64,000 nt of DNA, taken from a virus. Location: positions 1 through 64,000 of IMG/VR virus record IMGVR_UViG_3300044638_006409. One strand, given 5' to 3'. The notes beneath the pieces are model-generated. The model did no database searches and was not told the origin of the DNA. It saw only the letters and a list, made by a program, of their open reading frames with translations. Shown here piece by piece: positions 38,400-48,600 of the stretch; the first letter of the stretch is position 1; every line of letters starts with the position of its first letter. The translations under genes and the position numbers were made by a program.

Positions 38400-39779
38400 A
38401 TGTCATCTAACAAAAATTTTGATTATTTAGGGAGCTCATTTCAGATACAACTACTTAATCAAATTGTGGTAGATAGTACCTTTTCAAGGTCAATAATTGA
38501 TGTAATAGAACCTAATTATTTCGAAAACAAATACTTCAAACTCATCATACAGATGATTAAAGAGTATAATCAAAAGTGGGACTCAGTGCCCACTTTTGAC
38601 ACATTGGAACAAATCACAAAATCTGAGTTTCAACAAGAACAAATTGCTAAAGTAGTAATTGACACACTTAAGAAAATTAAGGATGCACCTATCTCTGGTG
38701 GGGATTTCGTTCAAGAGAAAGCGTTAAAGTTCTGTAAACAACAAGAGTTACAAAAAGCTATCACTAAAGCACAAAAAGTAATTGATGGGGGTGAGTTCGA
38801 AAACTACGATACCCTTGAGGAAATGATTAGAGATGCCCTACAAGTGGGTATCAATGAAAACGGAATGCTGAGTGTATTCTCAAACTTGGATGATGTACTA
38901 AACGAAGATTTTAGACACCCAATTCCTATGGGTATTGGTGGTATCGATAGATTATTAAAAGGTGGTTTAGCTAAGGGTGAGATTGGTGTTGTTTTAGCAC
39001 CAACAGGTGTGGGTAAATCAACATTCTTGACCAAGATTGCAAATCACGGATTTAACTTGGGTTATAATATTCTCCAAATATTTTTTGAAGATAATCCCAA
39101 GGTTATTCAAAGAAAACATTTTACATTATGGACTAAAATCCATCCAGATGATATGTCTAATAAGAAGGAAGAAGTAATGACAAGAGTTAAGGAGATTGAA
39201 CAAAAAATGGAAAATCAACTTATCTTGGAAAAACTTCCCTCTGATACAATGACAATGACACAAATCAAAAATCTTGTAAGAAAAAAGATTGCTGATGGAT
39301 GTAAAATTGATATGATTTTATTAGATTACATCGATTGTGTTGTACCTGAGAAAAACTTGGGTGATGAATGGAAATCTGAGGGTTCAGTTATGAGAGCATT
39401 TGAAGCAATGTGTCACGAATTGAACTTGGTAGGATGGACAGCAACACAAGGTAATAGAAGTTCTATTTCTGCTGAGGTTGTAACAACAGACCAAATGGGT
39501 GGTTCTATTAAGAAAGCTCAGGTGGGTCATGTGATTATATCAGTGGCAAAAACATTACAACAAAAAGAGATGAAATTAGCAACAATTGCGATTACAAAAT
39601 CAAGGATTGGTGATGATGGTATTATCTTCGAAAATTGTAAGTTTGATAATGGAATGTTGGATATCGATACAGAATCTTCGGTAACATTCTTGGGACACGA
39701 AGAACAAAAAGAAGAAAACAATAGACAAAGAATTAAAGATTTATTAGAAAAAAGAAAACAAAGAGAAAACACAAATTAA
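38400..39779 (+). CDS. Replicative SF4 helicase (DnaB/T4 gp41-like)
   Basis: Walker [28 protein letters not shown]. Confidence 0.93.
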   Translation: MSSNKNFDYLGSSFQIQLLNQIVVDSTFSRSIIDVIEPNYFENKYFKLIIQMIKEYNQKWDSVPTFDTLEQITKSEFQQEQIAKVVIDTLKKIKDAPISGGDFVQEKALKFCKQQELQKAITKAQKVIDGGEFENYDTLEEMIRDALQVGINENGMLSVFSNLDDVLNEDFRHPIPMGIGGIDRLLKGGLAKGEIGVVLAPTGVGKSTFLTKIANHGFNLGYNILQIFFEDNPKVIQRKHFTLWTKIHPDDMSNKKEEVMTRVKEIEQKMENQLILEKLPSDTMTMTQIKNLVRKKIADGCKIDMILLDYIDCVVPEKNLGDEWKSEGSVMRAFEAMCHELNLVGWTATQGNRSSISAEVVTTDQMGGSIKKAQVGHVIISVAKTLQQKEMKLATIAITKSRIGDDGIIFENCKFDNGMLDIDTESSVTFLGHEEQKEENNRQRIKDLLEKRKQRENTN

Positions 39780-39781
39780 TT

Positions 39782-40732
39782 ATGACAGAAAAAATATTAA
39801 CAGAAAATCCCAATCGTTTTGTGATTTTCCCAATCCAATACCACGACATTTGGGAATACTACAAACAACATCAGGCTGCGTTTTGGACAGCTGAAGAGGT
39901 GGATTTGAGTGGTGACATCAGAGATTGGCAAAACTTATCAGAGAACGAACAATACTTCGTTAAAAATGTATTATCATTCTTTGCTGCATCTGATGGTATT
40001 GTTAATGAGAACTTAGCTGAAAACTTTTACAGAGAAGTACAATACCCCGAAGCGAAATTTTTCTACGGATTTCAATTGATGATGGAAAATATCCATTCAT
40101 TAATGTATTCTTTGTTAATTGATACTTATATATCCAACCCTGATGAAAAGGATGAATGTTTTAATGCAATCGATAGATTACCCGCAGTTCAAAAGAAAGC
40201 TAAGTGGGCATTAGATTGGATTGAAAAAGCGTCATTCCAAGAAAGATTGGTTGCATTTGCTGCAGTAGAAGGTATATTCTTTTCAGGTTCATTCTGTTCT
40301 ATTTTCTGGTTGAAGTCAAGAGGAATTATGCAAGGACTTTGTAATGCAAACTCCTTGATTTTTAAAGATGAAAACCTACATTGTGATTTCGCAATTCACT
40401 TGTTGAATAATCATGTTGAGAATAAACCAAGTGAAAAAAGAATAAAAGAAATATTACTTTCTGCTTTGGAAATTGAAAAAGAATTTATCACTGAATCACT
40501 ACCTATATCATTAATCGGTATGAACTCTAACCTTATGAAACAATATTTGGAGTTTGTTGTTGATGGTTTATTGGTTAAGTTGGGATGTAGTAAACAATTC
40601 AATGTAGAACAACCATTCAAGTTTATGGAACAAATTGCAGTAGAAACAAAAGGTAATTTCTTCGAATCAAGAACGGTTGAGTATCAAAAAGCAAAACTTA
40701 ACGAAACAATTTCATTCACAGACGATTTCTAA
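39782..40732 (+). CDS. nrdB: Ribonucleotide reductase class Ia beta subunit
   Basis: [29 protein letters not shown] (radical Tyr), [15 protein letters not shown]. Confidence 0.97.
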   Translation: MTEKILTENPNRFVIFPIQYHDIWEYYKQHQAAFWTAEEVDLSGDIRDWQNLSENEQYFVKNVLSFFAASDGIVNENLAENFYREVQYPEAKFFYGFQLMMENIHSLMYSLLIDTYISNPDEKDECFNAIDRLPAVQKKAKWALDWIEKASFQERLVAFAAVEGIFFSGSFCSIFWLKSRGIMQGLCNANSLIFKDENLHCDFAIHLLNNHVENKPSEKRIKEILLSALEIEKEFITESLPISLIGMNSNLMKQYLEFVVDGLLVKLGCSKQFNVEQPFKFMEQIAVETKGNFFESRTVEYQKAKLNETISFTDDF

Positions 40733-40742
40733 AATTATTATT

Positions 40743-43160
40743 ATGTCATTAAGAATTCAAAAAAGGGATGGGGATGTTGTGTCCTTTAATCCAACAAAAA
40801 TACAAAACAGAATTAAAAAAGCCAGTAAGAACTTAAATGTAAACTCAGACCAGATTTTCATTAAGGTTATTACTTCCGTACCAACAGAGGGTGTAATTTC
40901 AACAAAACAATTAGATAAGTTGATTTACGAGATTGCTGCATCATATACAGGTAGCCACCACGATTATTCGAGGTTGGCTTCTTCTGTTGCAATATCTTCA
41001 TATCACAAAGAAACAAATGAAAGTTTCAGTGAGACGATGAAGTCATTAGCTGATATGGGTATTGTTAATAAAGAATTGATTGATATGATTGATTCCTATG
41101 GGGATTTGAATATCGATGAAGTTATCAATCACGAGAATGATTATAACTTTGATTACTTTGCTTGGCGTTCATTATTTGAAATGTACTTGTTAAAAACACC
41201 AGAAGGTGTAACTGTGGAAAGACCCCAACATATGTATATGAGGGTTGCTTTATGGGTAACAAAATCATTTGATGAAGCTGTAGAATACTACAAGTCATTA
41301 TCAAATCAATTAATTTCTCCAGCAACACCAATTATGATTAATGCTGGTACAAAGATTCCTCAATTAGCATCTTGTGTACTACATTATAACAATGATGACT
41401 CAAGAGGAGGTTTGTTAGCAACAATGAATGATATCTCTACTTATTCTGCTGACGCTGCAGGTATTGGTCTTTGTATGTCAAATATTAGAAGTAAGGAGAG
41501 TAGATTGAGTACATCAGGTGGTTTTGCTGGTGGATTATTAAAATATCTTAAGATTGCAAATGAATCACTAAGATTCTTTAACCAACAAGGTAGAAGACCA
41601 GGTTCTGCCGCAATTTATCTTGAACCTTGGCATAAAGATATCTTTGACTTGTTGGACATTAAAAAGAATACAGGTGCGGAAGAATTAAGAGCAAGAGATT
41701 TGTTCACAGCTCTATGGATTCCTGATAATTTTATGAGAGCCGTAAAAGAGGGTGGTGATTGGTATTTATTCTGCCCTAACGATATTAAAAAAGCTGGTCT
41801 AAAACCATTACAAGAATGTTTTGGTAGTGAGTACGAAAGTGTTTATGAACAAGCGGTAAATTTAGGTTTGGGTAAAAAAGTAAAAGCAACAGATGTTTGG
41901 ACTAAGGTAATTGAATCTCAAATTGAGACTGGTGTACCTTATCTTTGTTCTAAAGATAATGCTAACAACAAAACTAATCATCAGAACATTGGGGTTATCA
42001 AACAATCAAATCTTTGTAACGAGATTTACCAATTTACTGACGAGAAAACTACAGCTATCTGTACTCTATCTTCAATGGTGTTGAAAAACTTTGTAAAAGA
42101 TGGTGAGTTTAATTTTAGACTTCTTTATGAAGAAACAAGAAAGGTTGTTAGAGCCCTTAATAAAGTTGTTGATATTAATAACTATTCAACTTCAAAAGGT
42201 GAAAAGGGTGGTAAAGAACAAAGAGCAATTGCAATTGGAACTCAAGGTTTAGCGGATGTATTCTATCTTATGGATTATGAGTTTACTTCAGACGAAGCAA
42301 AACAACTAAACAAAGATATCTTTGAGACAATTTATTTTGCCGCAATCACCGAAAGTAATAGGTTGGTAATTGATGGTGATTATAAACCATATGATTTCTT
42401 CGATGGTTCACCAATGTCACAAGGACAATTCCAATTTGATATGTGGGGATTAACAGAATCTGATTTATCAGGTAGATGGCCTTGGGAAATATTAAAGTCA
42501 AATGTTAAACAATATGGTATTTGTAATTCATTGTTTACAGCACAAATGCCCGTAGCGAGTTCTGCTAAGATTACTGGTTCATATGAAATGACTGAACCTG
42601 CTCACTCAGCAATCTTCAATAGACGAGTAGTTGGTGGTGAAATTATGATTGTTAACAAGTATCTTATTAATGATTTTGAGAAACTTGGTATTTGGGGTGA
42701 GGATTTGAAAAATGAAATTATATACAATGAAGGTTCGATTCAAAATATTAATTTCAACAACTACTTAGACCCTGAAGACAAAAAGTACAATCAAAAAGTT
42801 AAAAGAATTGAACACTTGATTAAGAAGTACAAAACGATTTGGGAAATATCACAAAGGGAGTTGATTGATATGGCAGCAGATAGAGGACCTTTTATTGACC
42901 AATCACAATCAATGAATATTTATATGGGTAATCCTACTTTATCGAAGATTACTTCATCTCACTTCCACGCTTGGCAAAAAGGTTTAAAAACTCTTTGTTA
43001 TTATGTGAGAACAAAAGCAATCTCAACAGGAGCAAAACACTTAGCTATGGATATATCAAAGATGGATAAACCAAAAGTAACACCAACATTACCACATGTT
43101 GAACCTATAACAAACAAACCAACTGATTCACCATTTGAATGTTTTGGATGTTCATCTTAA
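40743..43160 (+). CDS. nrdA: Ribonucleotide reductase class Ia alpha subunit with ATP cone
   Basis: IQKRDG ATP cone, QLASC, SNLCNEI, TLCYY, C-terminal CFGC. ATG at 40743. Confidence 0.97.
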   Translation: MSLRIQKRDGDVVSFNPTKIQNRIKKASKNLNVNSDQIFIKVITSVPTEGVISTKQLDKLIYEIAASYTGSHHDYSRLASSVAISSYHKETNESFSETMKSLADMGIVNKELIDMIDSYGDLNIDEVINHENDYNFDYFAWRSLFEMYLLKTPEGVTVERPQHMYMRVALWVTKSFDEAVEYYKSLSNQLISPATPIMINAGTKIPQLASCVLHYNNDDSRGGLLATMNDISTYSADAAGIGLCMSNIRSKESRLSTSGGFAGGLLKYLKIANESLRFFNQQGRRPGSAAIYLEPWHKDIFDLLDIKKNTGAEELRARDLFTALWIPDNFMRAVKEGGDWYLFCPNDIKKAGLKPLQECFGSEYESVYEQAVNLGLGKKVKATDVWTKVIESQIETGVPYLCSKDNANNKTNHQNIGVIKQSNLCNEIYQFTDEKTTAICTLSSMVLKNFVKDGEFNFRLLYEETRKVVRALNKVVDINNYSTSKGEKGGKEQRAIAIGTQGLADVFYLMDYEFTSDEAKQLNKDIFETIYFAAITESNRLVIDGDYKPYDFFDGSPMSQGQFQFDMWGLTESDLSGRWPWEILKSNVKQYGICNSLFTAQMPVASSAKITGSYEMTEPAHSAIFNRRVVGGEIMIVNKYLINDFEKLGIWGEDLKNEIIYNEGSIQNINFNNYLDPEDKKYNQKVKRIEHLIKKYKTIWEISQRELIDMAADRGPFIDQSQSMNIYMGNPTLSKITSSHFHAWQKGLKTLCYYVRTKAISTGAKHLAMDISKMDKPKVTPTLPHVEPITNKPTDSPFECFGCSS

Positions 43161-43168
43161 AAAATAAG

Positions 43169-43195
43169 AATCACGACTTTATGTCGTGATTTTTT
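43169..43195 (+). terminator. Intrinsic terminator after nrdA
   Basis: AATCACGAC-TTTAT-GTCGTGATT followed by Ts. Confidence 0.8.
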
Positions 43196-43241
43196 GTTTT
43201 ATGGTATTTATAGAAAAAATGTAGGATATATATTTATTATT

Positions 43242-43700
43242 ATGGCTGATGGTAAAACATATGGTATAAATTTTCCCTTTTTGGACTCAAGTTTGGGAAC
43301 TTATTTCGACTTATCACAAACAAGTGATCAAGAAATAAGGAGTAATTTAGTACATCTATTATTAACAAGAAAAGGTACTAGGTATTATTTACCTGACTTT
43401 GGAACTCGTCTTTACGAGTATTTGTTCGAACCTTTGGATGGTCCGACTTTTTCAGATATTGAATCTGAAATTAGAGAGACAGTTTCTGAGTTTATACCAA
43501 ATTTAACAATCACAAACATAACCATTAAACCAGCCTCAGAGGGATTGGAGGATAAAGGTTTTTATATAGACCAAAATGATAAAAAAACTTTTAGAGTTCC
43601 AGGAATCGGACAAAAGGAACACACAGCAAACATAAAAATAGATTATATCGTAACAGATTCCGCTTTTAACCAAAGTGATTTCGTTATAATTAACGTATAA
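43242..43700 (+). CDS. Baseplate wedge protein (T4 gp25/P2 gpW-like)
   Basis: LLLTRKGTRYYLPDFGTRLYEYLFEP. ATG at 43242. Confidence 0.9.
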   Translation: MADGKTYGINFPFLDSSLGTYFDLSQTSDQEIRSNLVHLLLTRKGTRYYLPDFGTRLYEYLFEPLDGPTFSDIESEIRETVSEFIPNLTITNITIKPASEGLEDKGFYIDQNDKKTFRVPGIGQKEHTANIKIDYIVTDSAFNQSDFVIINV

Positions 43701-43704
43701 TAAT

Positions 43705-45543
43705 ATGGCAAACAAAAAAATATCATATACAACCAGAGACTTTGCTTCGATTAGAACGGAGTTAATTAATTTCACCAGAACTTACTACCCTGATGTTATT
43801 GATAACTTCAACGATGCCTCAATATTTTCTGCTTTACTAGATTTGAATGCTGCTGTAACAGACAACTTACAATTCAATATTGATAGAAGTATTCAAGAAA
43901 CAGTATTACAATTTGCACAACAAAGAAGTTCGATATATAATATAGCAAGAACCTATGGTCTCAAAATACCAGGTCAAAGACCATCAGTAGCCTTGGTTGA
44001 TTTTTCAATAACTGTGCCTGCTTTTGGGGATGCTCCCGATTTAAGATATTGTGGTATATTAAGAAGGGGTTCACAAGTTAATGGTGGTGGTCAAGTGTTC
44101 GAAACAGTTTATGATATTGATTTTGCTTCAGCCGTAGGTGGTGATGGAACTCCAAATAGATTGACAATACCAAATTTTGACGCTAATAACATTCTTTCAA
44201 ATTATACAATTACGAAAAGAGAAACCGTCGTCAATGGTGTTACCAAAGTATTCAAAAGAACAATAACAGCTTTAGATGTAAAACCTTTTTTTGAATTATT
44301 TTTACCTGATAAAAATGTTTTGGGTATTACAAGTGTTTTATTAAAGGATGGTACGCAATACGCAAATGTTCCATCCAACCAAGAGTTTTTAGGTGCTGAC
44401 AATAGATGGTATGAAGTACAAGCTTTAGCCCAAGATAGAGTTTTCATTGAAGACCCAACAAAGGTTTCTGACAACCCAAGTATAAAAGTTGGGATATATA
44501 GACAAGTTAATACTAAGTTTATTTCTGAGTTTACCCCTGAAGGTTTTTTAAAAATGACATTTGGTGGTGGTAGCCAATCAGCTGATGAACAACTAAGAGA
44601 ATTTGCAAGGAATGGTTATAAACTTGATTTATATAAGTACTCAAATAATTTTGCACTTGGTAGTACACTCAAAGCCAATAGTACATTATTTGTTCAGTAT
44701 AGAATAGGTGGTGGGACAGGAAGTAACTTGGGTGTGGGTGTTATAACAAATATTGGAAATATAGATTTCTTTGTTAACGGACCTTCGGATTCAGTTAATA
44801 CAACCGTAGTCAATTCATTGAGTTGTAATAATGTAACTGCTGCAATTGGAGGTACAAATGTACCATCATTGGAGGAAGTAAGAAACTATGTTTCATATAA
44901 TTTTGCAGCTCAAAATAGAGCTGTAACAATTAATGACTATGAATCAATTATTAGAACAATGCCATCACAATATGGAGCACCAGCTAAAGTAGGTATAACA
45001 GAAGAAAACAATAAAATAAAAATTAAATTGTTAACTTACGACACAAATGGGGCACTTACTGAAATAACTTCAACTACTTTGAAAAGTAATTTAGCAAACT
45101 ATTTGTCGAACTATAGAATGTTGAACGACTACATCTCAATTGAAAGTGCAAATGTAATTGACCTTACCATTGATGTTGATGTTGTTTTGGATAATACTCA
45201 AAATCAAGGTCAAGTTATCACAACAATAGTTGATGACATAACAACATTCTTTAGTCCAGCCAACAGAGAAATGGGTCAAAATGTAAATGTGTCAGAGTTG
45301 AGAAGAATTATCCAATCACAAAATGGGGTTATATCAATTACTGAAATTAGATTTTTCAATAAAGTTGGTGGATTATATTCTTCATCACAAACTTCACAAA
45401 GATATCTAAATTCACAAACCAGACAGATTGAGTTAATCGATGACACTATTTTTGCTGAACCAACCCAAACTTATCAAGTTAGATTTCCTAATTCTGATAT
45501 TAATGTTAGAGTCAAAAATTTCAAATCAACTAATTTCTCTTAG
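43705..45543 (+). CDS. Baseplate wedge protein (T4 gp6/P2 gpJ-like)
   Basis: RDFASIRTEL, YRIGGG, AQNRAVTINDYE. Confidence 0.88.
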   Translation: MANKKISYTTRDFASIRTELINFTRTYYPDVIDNFNDASIFSALLDLNAAVTDNLQFNIDRSIQETVLQFAQQRSSIYNIARTYGLKIPGQRPSVALVDFSITVPAFGDAPDLRYCGILRRGSQVNGGGQVFETVYDIDFASAVGGDGTPNRLTIPNFDANNILSNYTITKRETVVNGVTKVFKRTITALDVKPFFELFLPDKNVLGITSVLLKDGTQYANVPSNQEFLGADNRWYEVQALAQDRVFIEDPTKVSDNPSIKVGIYRQVNTKFISEFTPEGFLKMTFGGGSQSADEQLREFARNGYKLDLYKYSNNFALGSTLKANSTLFVQYRIGGGTGSNLGVGVITNIGNIDFFVNGPSDSVNTTVVNSLSCNNVTAAIGGTNVPSLEEVRNYVSYNFAAQNRAVTINDYESIIRTMPSQYGAPAKVGITEENNKIKIKLLTYDTNGALTEITSTTLKSNLANYLSNYRMLNDYISIESANVIDLTIDVDVVLDNTQNQGQVITTIVDDITTFFSPANREMGQNVNVSELRRIIQSQNGVISITEIRFFNKVGGLYSSSQTSQRYLNSQTRQIELIDDTIFAEPTQTYQVRFPNSDINVRVKNFKSTNFS

Positions 45544-45620
45544 AGGTTTATTTAAACATCACATTACTTATTTTTTAATGAAAATAGCAAATAAACTATT
45601 TATCTTAAAAGTAGTAATTG

Positions 45621-48600
45621 ATGTCAAACTCATATAGAATAAGAACCCAAGTTGGTGTAGATAAGTCAATAAATGTACAATTGGAACAAGATTTTGAATT
45701 TTTGGAGATTCTATCTTTGAAAATAACTCAAAGTCAAATTTATACTAGACAATGCTCTGATTATGGTGTTGTTGTTGGTAGACTTACGGCTAATGATGGA
45801 TTCGGTATTCCAAATGCCAGAATTTCAGTATTTATTCCTCTATCTGACCAAGATCAACTAAATCCAATCATTTCTGATTTATATCCATATAGGTCATTAA
45901 CAACAACAAATGACGATGGATTCAGATATAATTTATTACCGAAAACACAATCACATAGTGGTCATGTTCCCACAGGTAGTTTCTTCGATAAGGAACAAGT
46001 ATTATTAGACCCAAATTACATTGAGGTATTTGACAAGTATTATAGATATACAACAATTACAAACGATAGTGGTGACTATATGATTTTTGGTGTTCCGTTA
46101 GGTAGCCAAACTATACATGTTGATGTGGACTTATCGGACATTGGTGAATTCTCTTTAGCCCCCCAAGATTTAATCAGAAATGGTATAGCAACTGAAAACC
46201 AAGTGGCTGGTAATAAATTTAGGAAATCAACAAATCTGAATGAACTTCCTCAAATAGTATCATTCAATAGGACATTAGAAGTTGTTCCATTGTGGGGTCA
46301 ACCTGAAGTCTGTAGTTTAGGTATTACAAGAACAGACTTTGATTTAGCTACCGAAGCTAATGTTACAATAACTCCCACCGCTATTTTTATGGGATCTATT
46401 TTCTCAACTAATGACAAAGATTACCAAAGAAGAAATTGTAAACCGAAATCCAAACAAGGTGAATTGTGTAATTTAGTTGCTGGACCTGGTGAAATATTAG
46501 CTATAAGACAAACTATTTTTGAAGACGAAGTTGGAAGACCAATACTTGAAACATATGATTTAGAAAGTGGTGGACAAGTTATTGATGAAAATGGTGCGTG
46601 GTTAGTTGATGTACCTATGAATTTGGATTATGTAATTACTAATGAATTTGGAGAAAGAGTATTATCTAATGATCCGAAAAAAGGTATTCCCACAAAAGCA
46701 AAATATAGATTCAAAATAAAATGGAATCAATCACCAAAATTATCTGAAACAGTTAAAAGGGGATATTTTTTAGTCCCGAATGTTAGAGAATATGGTTGGA
46801 CTAATGTTGGCGTTGACCCTAGATCATACTACGAACCAACAAATCCAAACTACGAAAGTTATTTAGCTTTTATTAAATCATATGCTTTCAGTGTTGATTG
46901 GAACGATTATGGATTGACTGGTACAACAATAGGTGAAGAAATGATTCAAAGTGCAATTAATTGTGAGGACAAATTTTACCCGATGATTTTCAACAAAGTT
47001 TATTCAGTATCACAATTAATCGATCAATATAGAAATGGATATTTACCCGACAGAATTATCTCAGTTAAAAATATTTTGGATGATACTTGTGAAAGTGATA
47101 ATGTCAGATTCCCAACGAACGATACTGTTTATAGATTTGACCTCTTATATTTGTTATTTATTATCTTAATTTTTATTGCACGACCAATATTAAATATTTT
47201 TTTAATTGTGGCTCACTTGGTAGCTTATATTTTACAACAATTGGGAATTCCAGATTGGAGAAGAATAGCTAATATGGAAGTACCGAACTTGACATATCCT
47301 GAATGTGATTTGTGTGAATGTCAGGAAGGTAAACGCGCTTTAGGTCCCGGACCTACTGCAGCTGAATTAGCTTTTGATGTGAATCTTGGTTTGTCAGCAT
47401 ACATTTCACCATTGACACAATTTTCTTATTGGGATGGACCGATCACTCAAGGTTTATTTGGTATACAACAATTATTATCAGGTAATAACACACTCGGATT
47501 AAACTACGGTTCACCACAACTTGAAACTGTTTTTACAGATGGACCTGGTAACTCAACAGGTAAAGGTTTTACCAATTCATTACCATTATACGAAAGAATC
47601 AACCTCTTTAATGTCAAAGCTAAATATTTTGACCAATTAAATCAGTTTGTAAATCCGGGTGGAGGTTACAATAGAATCAAAGTCAATTTTGCCCCAACAG
47701 AGAATGGTTATTATGGGGAAACTTTTTATAATCAATACAATACTGAAAAATTGGGTGTTTTGGTATCAGGCGGAACTACATTCAACAATCCTGACCCAAA
47801 CACATATTCGATATTAAATCCAATTCCTTTTCAAAATCAATTAGCTCAACCAACATCATCTTTAGTTTTAAATCCTTGGAATAGTGGTAGTAACACATAT
47901 GTTGTTCCTGAAAATGGTACATACACAATAACATTAACAGTTAACGCATCATCTTATACTTCAGGACAGAAAAACTTTCATTTGGTAATCAATGGCACCA
48001 CACAAGCCGCTCCATTTATTACTTTATTTCCAGCAAGTTCTGTACCACAAGGTTACACCTTATCAACAACTATAAATTTAAATTTAGGTAACACAATAGC
48101 TGTAGAATTACAACAAAAAGGTTTGCCCGCAAATATGACTTACACCTATCAATTACAAATAAGTGGAAGACCTTTTGGATACGGTAATTCGAATGAAAGA
48201 TATCATTTGGATAATGTTATGATGTTGATGGTTAAACCTGATAAAATTACTGAATTGAGACCAGGTACGATACTAAGTTTCCAAAATCCGGAACTATCAT
48301 CCGATGTCAATGTTACAGGTTATACAATAGTCAATCAATTTGGGAGTACATCATCTACTGGTACAACAAAAAACACCACAAGTGGTATTTTAGTACCATA
48401 CGCGAACCCAAATGGAAGTGGTAACTGGTTCGGCCCGGGATTTCCTGGTGGACAAGGACAATCATTTTATCAAGTTACCCAAAACAATGTAATAAATGAA
48501 CACAAATTTGCAATAGATATTGAATATTTTCAAGTTATCACAGCTATGACCGTTAACGACTATATTTCGGTATTACCACCGAATAATCTTAGTGATTCTT

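Noticed and set aside
352-43160. Eukaryotic or giant-virus origin suggested by PolB, SMARCAL1-like helicase and eukaryote-like RNR
   Set aside because: Contractile tail and baseplate genes, intrinsic terminators, overlapping operonic genes and a lipoprotein indicate a bacteriophage.
18342-45543. Possible TAG stop-codon reassignment, as seen in some large phages
   Set aside because: Genes are full length in the standard code. TAG stops sit at true gene ends and in the cases checked are followed by further in-frame stops (18342 TAG TTA TAG TAA; 32760 TAG TGA).
12351-45543. Bacterial extracellular contractile injection system or tailocin
   Set aside because: Neck genes and a full phage replication and nucleotide module are interleaved, and no host housekeeping context is present.
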